The notes beneath the pieces were generated by a model. That model had not been told where the DNA came from and did no database searches. It saw only the letters and a list, made by a program, of their open reading frames with translations. Source: Nemertoderma westbladi (taxonomy: Eukaryota; Animalia; Xenacoelomorpha). From it: a stretch of DNA of 64,000 nucleotides. Where the stretch lies: assembly GCA_032718475.1 (NCBI GenBank), contig JAUCBJ010009143.1, positions 62,001 through 126,000 on the forward strand, written 5' to 3'. Below are positions 44,616 through 58,200 of the stretch, one piece after another. The position numbers and the translations under genes were made by a program. Each line of letters starts with the position of its first letter. Position 1 is the stretch's first letter.

Positions 44616-45125
44616 CAGACTACTATCAAGCCTAAACAAACTACGGTATATGCAGACTCCGAAATGATTAGGGAGTATGCGCTCTAACCCAGTAGTGCGA
44701 CTTATTCTTTAGTCGGGGGTTTACCTTACAGCTTCGCTGCCCCTACTGCCTAATCGTACTTAATCGGACAGATGATCTACACACGCAGCAATCCGTTCAG
44801 ACCTAATAACAGCCAGACAACTATCCAGCCTACAAATTATCTAAATAAAATTATACGCTACCCGTACAGACTTACACAAACAAAGTACAGACTAAACGAT
44901 GGCAGACTACTCTCAAGCCTAAATAAATTACAGGACATGCAGACTCCGAAATGATTAGGGAGTATGCGCTCTAACCCAGTAGTGCGACTTATTCTTTAGT
45001 TGGGGGTTTACCTTACAGCGTTGCTGCCCCTACTTCCTAACCGTACTTAATCGGACAAGTGCTCTACACACACTGTAATTCGTTCGGACTTAACAGCAAT
45101 CAGACAACAGCTCAGCCTACAAATT
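44616..45125. repeat. Tandem duplication (period 287 bp) with a highly conserved about 110-nt core in the leader of C
   Basis: tccgaaatgattagggagtatgcgctctaacccagtagtgcgacttattctttagt...taatcgga at 44658 and 44945. Confidence 0.92.
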
Positions 45126-45395
45126 GTCTGTACAATCTGATCAGGTTTACACGCCTTCTGTTCAATACTGGCCTACAAACAAATAAAACTGACAGAAATA
45201 GGCCTAAGTAAAATCCCAATAAAAACCAGGCGTCCCCGATTAATTATTAAGACCTACCGGCATATATAATCAAATCGAATAATACTGCTGTACTTATACG
45301 GAAGTAGGTACCGGTCCGGATGATCAGGCAGTCAGGCCTACTGGTTACCGGTAGACCGGTACTTTCGACTTTATTGCTTACTGCAATAAAGAAGC

Positions 45396-45407
45396 TATAT
45401 CCTTTAA
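45396..45407 (-). promoter_or_regulatory. Non-canonical PBS position of C, complementary to its own LTR
   Basis: TTAAAGGATATA (minus strand) abuts the 5' LTR, lacks TGG, and is the exact inverted repeat of 46152-46163 / 31686-31697. Confidence 0.55.
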
Positions 45408-46270
45408 TGTTCGCGCTTTCAGACCTTTGGCAGTTTAACCCACCAAATTAAGATGTCTTCTAGATATTAAATCTGCTTTTAGTCTATGATAAGTATTTGA
45501 TTTACTACACTAGTCGAAACCAATCCGTGCGCGACCATTCACCCGCTGGATATTCCCGGGAGATTGGGTTCGACGGTTTAATTTTTATTGCTATGTAAGC
45601 CTAATGTATTATTCGACTGACAGTATTATATAATCTCTGACAATATTATTCACCTTCGGTAATATTAACAGTTCCTTTAGGACGTGGCGCTTTATCTATA
45701 TAAACAGAGTTATGACTTAAACTACTCACAACGATATGGCTTAATTATAATTCACATATATGGCGCATTCTTTAGGAATTGCTTCTTTAACAGACTCACT
45801 CATACACAATGCTGCACAATACTGCATACTAATCTGCCAATCTTCACTGATTTTAGTCACATATAAAAGGAACACAGGCTGACTCATGTAGGGTCTATCA
45901 AATAACATTAGATTCACTTCAAACCACTTTAACATAAGTCACAATCGTTATTGGTAACCTTTCTCTCTTACCTTCGGTATATCAAGAATATTGGGTTACG
46001 GGGTTATTTATCGTTATTCCAAATATAATAATCCATCAACCATATTATGAAGAACTGACAGTAAATAGCAGTATAAAACAACAACTGAACAGTTAGGTAG
46101 ATCGGTACGTCAGTACCGGTATGTCAGCAGGTAGTCGTTTGTTGCGGTCCGTTAAAGGATATATGCCCTTTATAATTAAACCTACTAGTGTACGACTAAA
46201 AAGCAGTACAGCACAAAATACTTCCAAGCCGTTCTTTCTTTGGCTGAAGACTGAATGTAAACACTGCACA
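45408..46270 (-). repeat. 5' LTR remnant of element C (863 bp)
   Basis: Direct repeat of 30942-31804; runs straight into the 62-bp satellite. Confidence 0.95.
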
Positions 46271-49200
46271 TGCACATTGGAAGCCTCGGCAACTGGGCCA
46301 TCAGCTCTCCCGATTAATCTACCTTCTACTTCCGCTCACTCGAAAGCCTCAGCAACAGGGCCACCAGCTCTCCCGATTAATCCACCTTCTACTTCCGCAC
46401 ACTTGAAGCCTCGGCAACTGGGCCTCCAGCTCTCCCGATTAATCCAACTTCTACTTCCGCTCACTTGAAAGCCTCAGCAACTAGGCCACCAGCTCTCCCT
46501 ATTAATCCACCTTCTACTTCCGCACACTTGAAGCCTCAGCAACTGGGCCAGCAGCTCTCCCGATTAATCCAGCTTCTACTTCCGCACACTCGAAGCCTCA
46601 GCAACTGGGCCACCAGCTCTCCCGATTATTCCACCTTCTACTTCCGCTCACTCGAAAGCCTCAGCAACTGGGCCACCAGCTCTAACGATTAATCCACCTT
46701 CTACTTCCGCACACTCGAAGCCTCAGCAACTGGGCCACCAGCTCTCCCGATTAATCCACCTTCTCCTTCCGCACACTTGAAGCCTCGGCAACTGGGCCAC
46801 CAGATCTCCCGATTAATCCAACTTCTACTTCCGCTCACTTGAAAGCCTCAGCAACTGGGCCACCAGCTCTCCCGATTAATCCACCTTCTACTTCCGCACA
46901 CTCGAAGCCTCATCAACTGGGCCAGCAGCTCTCCCGATTATTCAACCTTCTACTTCCGCACACTCGAAGCCTCATCAACTGGGCCAGCAGCTCTCCAAGT
47001 TAATTTACCTTCTACTTCCACACACTCGATGCCTCATCAACTGGGCCAGCAGCTCTCCAAATTAATTTACCTTCTACTTCCGCACACTCGAAGCCTCTGC
47101 AACTGTGCCAGCAGATCTCCAAATTAATTTACCTTCTACTTCCGCACACTCGAAGCCTCTGCAACTGTGCCAGCAGCTCTCCAAATTAATTTACCTTCTA
47201 CTTCCACACACTCGAAGCCTCATCAACTGGGCCAGCAGCTCTCCAAGTTAATTTACCTTCTACTTCCACACACTCGATGCCTCATCAACTGGGCCAGCAG
47301 CTCTCCAAATTAATTTACCTTCTACTTCCACACGCTCGAAGCCTCATCAACTGGGCCAGCAGCTCTCCCGATTATTCAACCTTCTACTTCCGCACACTCG
47401 AAGCCTCATCAACTAGGCCAGCAGCTCTCCAAGTTAATTTACCTTCTACTTCCACACACTCGATGCCTCATCAACTGGGCCAGCAGCTCTCCAAATTAAT
47501 TTACCTTCTACTTCCGCACAGTCGATGCCTCATCAACTGGGCCAGCAGCTCTCCCGATTATTCAACCTTCTACTTCCGCACACTCGAAGCCTCATCAACT
47601 AGGCCAGCAGCTCTCCAAATTAATTTACCTTCTACTTCCGCACGCTCGAAGCCTCATCAACTGGGCCAGCAGCTCTCCCGATTATTCAACCTTCTACTTC
47701 CGCACACTCGAAGCCTCATCAACTAGGCCAGCAGCTCTCCAAGTTAATTTACCTTCTACTTCCACACACTCGATGCCTCATCAACTGGGCCAGCAGCTCT
47801 CCAAATTAATTTACCTTCTACTTCCGCACAGTCGATGCCTCATCAACTGGGCCAGCAGCTCTCCCGATTATTCAACCTTCTACTTCCGCACACTCGAAGC
47901 CTCATCAACTAGGCCAGCAGCTCTCCAAATTAATTTACCTTCTACTTCCGCACAGTCGATGCCTCATCAACTGGGCCACCAGCTCTCCCGATTATTCCAC
48001 CTTCTACTACGGCACGCTCGAAGCCTCATCAACTGGGCCAGCAGCTCTCCCAATTATTCAACCTTCTACTTCCACACACTCGAAGCCTCATCAACTGGGC
48101 CAGCAGCTCTCCAAGTTAATTTACCTTCTACTTCCACACACTCGATGCCTCATCAACTGGGCCAGCAGCTCTCCAAATTAATTTACCTTCTACTTCCGCA
48201 CACTCGATGCCTCATCAACTGGGCCAGCAGCTCTCCCGATTAATTCACCTTCTACTTCCGCACACTCGAAGCCTCAGCATCTGGGCCAGCAGCTCTCCAG
48301 ATTAATTTACCTTCTACTTCCGCACACTCGAAGCCTCAGCAACTGGGCCACCAGCTCTCCCGATTAATCCACCTTCTACTTCCACACACTCGAAGCCTCA
48401 GCAACTGGGCCAGCAGCTCTCCCGATTAATCCACCTTCTACTTCCGCACACTCGAAGCCTCAGCAACTGGGCCAGCTGCTCTCCAGATTAATTTACCTTC
48501 TACTTCCGCACACTCGAAAGCCTCAGCAACTGGGCCAGCAGCTCTCCCGATTAATTTACCTTCTACTTCCGCACACTCGAAAGCCTCAGCAACTGGGCCA
48601 GCAGCTCTCCCGATTAATTTACCTTCTACTTCCGCACACTCGAAAGCCTCAGCAACTGGGCCAGCAGCTCTCCCGATTAATTTACCTTCTACTTCCGCAC
48701 ACTCGAAGCCTCAGCAACTGGGCCACCAGCTCTCCCGATTAATCCACCTTCTACTTCCACACACTCGATGCCTCATCAACTGGGCCAGCAGCTCTCCAAA
48801 TTAATTTACCTTCTACTTCTGCACACTCGAAGCCTCAGCAACTGGGCCACCAGCTCTCCCGATTAATCCACCTTCTACTTCCACACACTCGATGCCTCAT
48901 CAACTGGGCCAGCAGCTCTCCAAATTAATTTACCTTCTACTTCCGCACACTCGATGCCTCATCAACTGGGCCAGCAGCTCTCCCGATTAATTCACCTTCT
49001 ACTTCCGCACACTCGAAGCCTCAGCATCTGGGCCAGCAGCTCTCCAGATTAATTTACCTTCTACTTCCGCACACTCGAAGCCTCAGCAACTGGACCACCA
49101 GCTCTCCCGATTAATCCACCTTCTACTTCAGCTCACTCGAAAGCCTCAGCAACTGGGCCAGCAGCTCTCCTGATTAATCCACCTTCTACTTCCGCACACT

Positions 49201-52200
49201 CGAAAGCCTCAGCAACTGGGCCAGCAGCTCTCCCGATTAATCCACCTTCTACTTACGCACACTCGAAGCCTCAGCAACTGGGCCAGCAGTTCTCCTGATT
49301 ATTCCACCTTCTACTTCCGCACACTCGAAGCCTCATCAACTGGGCCAGCAGCTCTCCCAATTAATCCACCTTCTACTTCCGCACACTCGAAGCCTCAGCA
49401 ACTGGGCCACCAGCTCTCCCGATTAATCCACCTTCTACTTCCACACACTCGATGCCTCATCAACTGGGCCAGCAGCTCTCCAAATTAATTTACCTTCTAC
49501 TTCCGCACACTCGATGCCTCATCAACTGGGCCAGCAGCTCTCCCGATTAATTCACCTTCTACTTCCGCACACTCGAAGCCTCAGCATCTGGGCCAGCAGC
49601 TCTCCAGATTAATTTACCTTCTACTTCCGCACACTCGAAGCCTCAGCAACTGGGCCACCAGCTCTCCCGATTAATCCACCTTCTACTTCCACACACTCGA
49701 TGCCTCATCAACTGGGCCAGCAGCTCTCCAAATTAATTTACCTTCTACTTCCGCACACTTGATGCCTCATCAACTGGGCCAGCAGCTCTCCCGATTAATC
49801 CACCTTCTACTTCCGCACACTTGAATCTTCAGCAACTGGGCCACCAGCTCTCCCGATTAATCCACCTTCTACTTCCACACACTCTATGCCTCATCAACTG
49901 GGCCAGCAGCTCTCCAAATTAATTTACCTTCTACTTCCGCACACTCGATGCCTCATCAACTGGGCCAGCAGCTCTCCCGATTAATTCACCTTCTACTTCC
50001 GCACACTCGAAAGCCTCAGCAACTGGGCCAGCAGCTCTCCCGATTAATCCACCTTCTACTTATGCACACTCGAAGCCTCAGCAACTGGGCCAGCAGTTCT
50101 CCCGATTATTCCACCTTCTACTTCCACACACTCGATGCCTCATCAACTGGGCCAGCAGCTCTCCCGATTAATCCACCTTCTACTTCCGCACACTCGAAGC
50201 CTCAGCAACTGGGCCACCAGCTCTCCCGATTAATCCACCTTCTACTTCCACACACTCGATGCCTCATCAACTGGGCCAGCAGCTCTCCAAATTAATTTAC
50301 CTTCTACTTCCGCACACTCGATGCCTCATCAACTGGGCCAGCAGCTCTCCCGATTAATTCACCTTCTACTTCCGCACACTCGAAGCCTCAGCATCTGGGC
50401 CAGCAGCTCTCCAGATTAATTTACCTTCTACTTCAGCACACTCGAAGCCTCAGCAACTGGGCCACCAGCTCTCCCGATTAATCCACCTTCTACTTCAGCT
50501 CACTCGAAAGCCTCAGCAACTGGGCCAGCAGCTCTCCCGATTAATCCACCTTCTACTTCCGCACACTCGAAAGCCTCAGCAACTGGGCCAGCAGTTCTCC
50601 CGATTATTCCACCTTCTACTTCCGCACACTCGAAGCCTCCTCAACTGGGCCAGCAGCTCTCCAGATTAATTTACCTTCTTCTTCCGCTCACTCGAAAGCC
50701 TCAGCAACTGGGCCAGCAGCTCTCCCGATTAATTTACCTTCTACTTCCGCACACTCGAAAGCCTCAGCAACTGGGCCAGCAGCTCTCCCGATTAATCCAC
50801 CTTCTACTTCCGCACACTCGAAGCCTCAGCAACTGGGCCAGCAGCTCTCCCGATTAATCCACCTTCTACTTCCGCACACTCGAAGCCTCAGCAACTGGGC
50901 CAGCAGCTCTCCAGATTAATTTACCTTCTTCTTCCGCACACTCGAAGCCTCAGCAACTGGGCCAGCAGCTCTCCCGATTAATCCACCTTCTACTTCCGCA
51001 CAATCGAAGCCTCAGCAACTGGGCCAGCAGCTCTCCCGATTAATCCACCTTCTACTTCCGCACACTCGAAGCCTCATCAACTGGGCCAGCAGCTCTCCAG
51101 ATTAATTTACCTTCTTCTTCCGCTCACTCGATGCCTCATCAACTGGGCCAGCAGCTCTCCCGATTAATCCACCTTCTACTTCCGCACACTCGAATCCTCA
51201 GCAACTGGGCCACCAGCTCTCCCGATTAATCCACCTTCTACTTCCACACACTCGATGCCTCATCAACTGGGCCAGCAGCTCTCCCGATTAATTTACCTTC
51301 TACTTCCGCACACTCGAAAGCCTCAGCAACTGGGCCAGCAGCTCTCCCGATTAATTTACCTTCTACTTCCGCACACTCGAAAGCCTCAGCAACTGGGCCA
51401 GCAGCTCTCCCGATTAATTTACCTTCTACTTCCGCACACTCGAAGCCTCAGCAACTGGGCCACCAGCTCTCCCGATTAATCCACCTTCTACTTCCACACA
51501 CTCGATGCCTCATCAACTGGGCCAGCAGCTCTCCAAATTAATTTACCTTCTACTTCCGCACACTCGATGCCTCATCAACTGGGCCAGCAGCTCTCCCGAT
51601 TAATTCACCTTCTACTTCCGAACACTCGAAGCCTCAGCATCTGGGCCAGCAGCTCTCCAGATTAATTTACCTTCTACTTCAGCACACTCGAAGCCTCAGC
51701 AACTGGGCCACCAGCTCTCCCGATTAATCCACCTTCTACTTCAGCTCACTCGAAAGCCTCAGCAACTGGGCCAGCAGCTCTCCCGATTAATCCACCTTCT
51801 ACTTCCGCACACTCGAAAGCCTCAGCAACTGGGCCAGCAGTTCTCCCGATTATTCCACCTTCTACTTCCGCACACTCGAAGCCTCCTCAACTGGGCCAGC
51901 AGCTCTCCAGATTAATTTACCTTCTTCTTCCGCTCACTCGAAAGCCTCAGCAACTGGGCCAGCAGCTCTCCCGATTAATTTACCTTCTACTTCCGCACAC
52001 TCGAAAGCCTCAGCAACTGGGCCAGCAGCTCTCCCGATTAATCCACCTTCTACTTCCGCACACTCGAAGCCTCAGCAACTGGGCCAGCAGCTCTCCCGAT
52101 TAATCCACCTTCTACTTCCGCACACTCGAAGCCTCAGCAACTGGGCCAGCAGCTCTCCAGATTAATTTACCTTCTTCTTCCGCACACTCGAAGCCTCAGC

Positions 52201-55200
52201 AACTGGGCCAGCAGCTCTCCCGATTAATCCACCTTCTACTTCCGCACAATCGAAGCCTCAGCAACTGGGCCAGCAGCTCTCCCGATTAATCCACCTTCTA
52301 CTTCCGCACACTCGAAGCCTCATCAACTGGGCCAGCAGCTCTCCAGATTAATTTACCTTCTTCTTCCGCTCACTCGATGCCTCATCAACTGGGCCAGCAG
52401 CTCTCCCGATTAATCCACCTTCTACTTCCGCACACTCGAATCCTCAGCAACTGGGCCACCAGCTCTCCCGATTAATCCACCTTCTACTTCCACACACTCG
52501 ATGCCTCATCAACTGGGCCAGCAGCTCTCCAAATTAATTTACCTTCTACTTCCGCACACTCGATGCCTCATCAACTGGGCCAGCAGCTCTCCCGATTAAT
52601 TCACCTTCTACTTCCGCACACTCGAAGCCTCAGCATCTGGGCCAGCAGCTCTCCAGATTAATTTACCTTCTACTTCCGCACACTCGAAGCCTCAGCAACT
52701 GGGCCACCAGCTCTCCCGATTAATCCACCTTCTACTTCCGCACACTCGAAGCCTCAGCAACTGGGCCAGCAGCTCTCCCGATTAATCCACCTTCTACTTC
52801 CGCACACTCGAAGCCTCAGCAACTGGGCCAGCAGCTCTCCAGATTAATTTACCTTCTACTTCCGCACACTCGAAAGCCTCAGCAACTGGGCCAGCAGCTC
52901 TCCCGATTAATTTACCTTCTACTTCCGCACACTCGAAAGCCTCAGCAACTGGGCCAGCAGCTCTCCCGATTAATTTACCTTCTACTTCCGCACACTCGAA
53001 AGCCTCAGCAACTGGGCCAGCAGCTCTCCCGATTAATTTACCTTCTACTTCCGCACACTCGAAGCCTCAGCAACTGGGCCACCAGCTCTCCCGATTAATC
53101 CACCTTCTACTTCCACACACTCGATGCCTCATCAACTGGGCCAGCAGCTCTCCAAATTAATTTACCTTCTACTTCTGCACACTCGAAGCCTCAGCAACTG
53201 GGCCACCAGCTCTCCCGATTAATCCACCTTCTACTTCCACACACTCGATGCCTCATCAACTGGGCCAGCAGCTCTCCAAATTAATTTACCTTCTACTTCC
53301 GCACACTCGATGCCTCATCAACTGGGCCAGCAGCTCTCCCGATTAATTCACCTTCTACTTCCGCACACTCGAAGCCTCAGCATCTGGGCCAGCAGCTCTC
53401 CAGATTAATTTACCTTCTACTTCCGCACACTCGAAGCCTCAGCAACTGGACCACCAGCTCTCCCGATTAATCCACCTTCTACTTCAGCTCACTCGAAAGC
53501 CTCAGCAACTGGGCCAGCAGCTCTCCCGATTAATCCACCTTCTACTTCCGCACACTCGAAAGCCTCAGCAACTGGGCCAGCAGCTCTCCCGATTAATCCA
53601 CCTTCTACTTACGCACACTCGAAGCCTCAGCAACTGGGCCAGCAGTTCTCCCGATTATTCCACCTTCTACTTCCGCACACTCGAAGCCTCATCAACTGGG
53701 CCAGCAGCTCTCCCGATTAATCCACCTTCTACTTCCGCACACTCGAAGCCTCAGCAACTGGGCCACCAGCTCTCCCGATTAATCCACCTTCTACTTCCAC
53801 ACACTCGATGCCTCATCAACTGGGCCAGCAGCTCTCCAAATTAATTTACCTTCTACTTCCGCACACTCGATGCCTCATCAACTGGGCCAGCAGCTCTCCC
53901 GATTAATTCACCTTCTACTTCCGCACACTCGAAGCCTCAGCATCTGGGCCAGCAGCTCTCCAGATTAATTTACCTTCTACTTCCGCACACTCGAAGCCTC
54001 AGCAACTGGGCCACCAGCTCTCCCGATTAATCCACCTTCTACTTCCACACACTCGATGCCTCATCAACTGGGCCAGCAGCTCTCCAAATTAATTTACCTT
54101 CTACTTCCGCACACTCGATGCCTCATCAACTGGGCCAGCAGCTCTCCCGATTAATTCACCTTCTACTTCCGCACACTCGAAAGCCTCAGCAACTGGGCCA
54201 GCAGCTCTCCCGATTAATCCACCTTCTACTTATGCACACTCGAAGCCTCAGCAACTGGGCCAGCAGTTCTCCCGATTATTCCACCTTCTACTTCCACACA
54301 CTCGATGCCTCATCAACTGGGCCAGCAGCTCTCCCGATTAATCCACCTTCTACTTCCGCACACTCGAAGCCTCAGCAACTGGGCCACCAGCTCTCCCGAT
54401 TAATCCACCTTCTACTTCCGCACACTCGAAGCCTCAGCAACTGGGCCAGCAGCTCTCCCGATTAATCCACCTTCTACTTCCGCACACTCGAAGCCTCAGC
54501 AACTGGGCCAGCAGCTCTCCAGATTAATTTACCTTCTACTTCCGCACACTCGAAAGCCTCAGCAACTGGGCCAGCAGCTCTCCCGATTAATTTACCTTCT
54601 ACTTCCGCACACTCGAAAGCCTCAGCAACTGGGCCAGCAGCTCTCCCGATTAATTTACCTTCTACTTCCGCACACTCGAAAGCCTCAGCAACTGGGCCAG
54701 CAGCTCTCCCGATTAATTTACCTTCTACTTCCGCACACTCGAAGCCTCAGCAACTGGGCCACCAGCTCTCCCGATTAATCCACCTTCTACTTCCACACAC
54801 TCGATGCCTCATCAACTGGGCCAGCAGCTCTCCAAATTAATTTACCTTCTACTTCTGCACACTCGAAGCCTCAGCAACTGGGCCACCAGCTCTCCCGATT
54901 AATCCACCTTCTACTTCCACACACTCGATGCCTCATCAACTGGGCCAGCAGCTCTCCAAATTAATTTACCTTCTACTTCCGCACACTCGATGCCTCATCA
55001 ACTGGGCCAGCAGCTCTCCCGATTAATTCACCTTCTACTTCCGCACACTCGAAGCCTCAGCAACTGGGCCAGCAGCTCTCCAGATTAATTTACCTTCTAC
55101 TTCCGCACACTCGAAGCCTCAGCAACTGGGCCACCAGCTCTCCCGATTAATCCACCTTCTACTTCCGCTCACTCGAAAGCCTCAGCAACTGGGCCAGCAG

Positions 55201-58200
55201 CTCTCCCGATTAATCCACCTTCTACTTCCGCACACTCGAAGCCTCAGCAACTGGGCCACCAGCTCTCCCGATTAATCCACCTTCTACTTCCACACACTCG
55301 ATGCCTCATCAACTGGGCCAGCAGCTCTCCAAATTAATTTACCTTCTACTTCCGCACACTCGATGCCTCATCAACTGGGCCAGCAGCTCTCCCGATTAAT
55401 TCACCTTCTACTTCCGCACACTCGAAAGCCTCAGCAACTGGGCCAGCAGCTCTCCCGATTAATCCACCTTCTACTTACGCACACTCGAAGCCTCAGCAAC
55501 TGGGCCAGCAGTTCTCCCGATTATTCCACCTTCTACTTCCACACACTCGATGCCTCATCAACTGGGCCAGCAGCTCTCCCGATTAATCCACCTTCTACTT
55601 CCGCACACTCGAAGCCTCAGCAACTGGGCCACCAGCTCTCCCGATTAATCCACCTTCTACTTCCCCACACTCGATGCCTCATCAACTGGGCCAGCAGCTC
55701 TCCAAATTAATTTACCTTCTACTTCCGCACACTCGATGCCTCATCAACTGGGCCAGCAGCTCTCCCGATTAATTCACCTTCTACTTCCGCACACTCGAAG
55801 CCTCAGCATCTGGGCCAGCAGCTCTCCAGATTAATTTACCTTCTACTTCCGCACACTCGAAGCCTCAGCAACTGGGCCACCAGCTCTCCCGATTAATCCA
55901 CCTTCTACTTCCGCTCACTCGAAAGCCTCAGCAACTGGGCCAGCAGCTCTCCCGATTAATCCACCTTCTACTTCCGCACACTCGAAAGCCTCAGCAACTG
56001 GGCCAGCAGCTCTCCCGATTATTCCACCTTCTACTTCCGCACACTCGAAGCCTCATCAACTGGGCCAGCAGCGCTCCAGATTAATTTACCTTCTTCTTCC
56101 GCTCACTCGAAAGCCTCAGCAACTGGGCCAGCAGCTCTCCCGATTAATTTACCTTCTACTTCCGCACACTCGAAAGCCTCAGCAACTGGGCCAGCAGCTC
56201 TCCCGATTAATCCACCTTCTACTTCCGCACACTCGAAGCCTCAGCAACTGGGCCAGCAGCTCTCCCGATTAATCCACCTTCTACTTCCGCACACTCGAAG
56301 CCTCAGCAACTGGGCCAGCAGCTCTCCAGATTAATTTACCTTCTTCTTCCGCACACTCGAAGCCTCAGCAACTGGGCCAGCAGCTCTCCCGATTAATCCA
56401 CCTTCTACTTCCGCACAATCGAAGCCTCAGCAACTGGGCCAGCAGCTCTCCCGATTAATCCACCTTCTACTTCCGCACACTCGAAGCCTCAGCAACTGGG
56501 CCAGCAGCTCTCCAGATTAATTTACCTTCTACTTCTGCTCACTCGAAAGCCTCAGCAACTGGGCCAGCAGCTCTCCAGATTAATTTACCTTCTACTTCTG
56601 CTCACTCGAAGCCTCAGCAACTGGGCCACCAGCTCTCCCGATTAATCCAACTTCTACTTCCGCACACTCGAAGCCTCACCACCTGGCCAGCAGCTCTCCC
56701 GATTAATCCACCTTCTACTTCCGCACGCTCGAAGCCTCAGCAACTGGGCCAGCAGCTCTCCCGATTAATCCACCTTCTACTTCCGCACACTCGAAGCCTC
56801 AGCAACTGGGCCAGCAGCTCTCCCGATTAATCCACCTTCTACTTCCGCACACTCGAAGCCTCAGCAACTGGGCCAGCAGCTCTCCAGATTAATTTACCTT
56901 CTACTTCCGCACACTCGAAGCCTCAGCAACTGGGCCTCCAGCTCTCCCGATTAATCCACCTTCTACTTCCGCACACTCGAAGCCTCAGCAACTGGGCCAC
57001 CAGCTCTCCCGATTAATCCACCTTCTACTTCCACACACTTGAAGCCTCGGCAACTGGGCCTCCAGCTCTCCCGATTAATCCAACTTCTACTTCCGCTCAC
57101 TTGAAAGCCTCAGCAACTAGGCCACCAGCTCTCCCTATTAATCCACCTTCTACTTCCGCACACTCGAAGCCTCAGCAACTGGGCCAGCAGCTCTCCCGAT
57201 TAATCCAGCTTCTACTTCCGCACACTCGAAGCCTCAGCAACTGGGCCACCAGCTCTCCCGATTATTCCACCTTCTACTTCCGCTCACTCGAAAGCCTCAG
57301 CAACTGGGCCACCAGCTCTAACGATTAATCCACCTTCTACTTCCGCACACTCGAAGCCTCAGCAACTGGGCCACCAGCTCTCCCGATTAATCCACCTTCT
57401 CCTTCCGCACACTTGAAGCCTCGGCAACTGGGCCACCAGCTCTCCCGATTAATCCAACTTCTACTTCCGCTCACTTGAAAGCCTCAGCAACTGGGCCACC
57501 AGCTCTCCCGATTAATCCACCTTCTACTTCCGCACGCTCGAAGCCTCATCAACTGGGCCAGCAGCTCTCCCGATTATTCAACCTTCTACTTCCGCACACT
57601 CGAAGCCTCACCACCTGGCCAGCAGCTCTCCCGATTAATCCACCTTCTACTTCCGCACGCTCGAAGCCTTAGCAACTGGGCCAGCAGCTCTCCCGATTAA
57701 TCCACCTTCTACTTCCGCACACTCGAAGCCTCAGCAACTGGGCCAGCAGCTCTCCCGATTAATCCACCTTCTACTTCCGCACACTCGAAGCCTCAGCAAC
57801 TGGGCCAGCAGCTCTCCAGATTAATTTACCTTCTACTTCCGCACACTCGAAGCCTCAGCAACTGGGCCTCCAGCTCTCCCGATTAATCCACCTTCTACTT
57901 CCGCACACTCGAAGCCTCAGCAACTGGGCCACCAGCTCTCCCGATTAATCCACCGTCTACTTCCGCACACTTGAAGCCTTGGCAACTGGGCCTCCAGCTC
58001 TCCCGATTAATCCAACTTCTACTTCCGCTCACTTGAAAGCCTCAGCAACTAGGCCACCAGCTCTCCCTATTAATCCACCTTCTACTTCCGCACACTCGAA
58101 GCCTCAGCAACTGGGCCAGCAGCTCTCCCGATTAATCCAGCTTCTACTTCCGCACACTCGAAGCCTCAGCAACTGGGCCACCAGCTCTCCCGATTATTCC

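Larger units (their letters stand above)
30942..46270 (-). mobile_element. BEL/Pao LTR retrotransposon C (intact ORF; 5' LTR truncated by satellite; no target duplication)
   Basis: 863-bp direct repeats at 30942-31804 and 45408-46270 ending ...CGCGAACA on the minus strand; 2688-aa gag-pol between them. Confidence 0.93.

Noticed and set aside
46900-48300. Hammerhead-like motif in the satellite (minus strand TTGATGAGGC...GCGGAAG)
   Set aside because: Lacks the CUGANGA and GAAA cores and has no consistent stems I-III.
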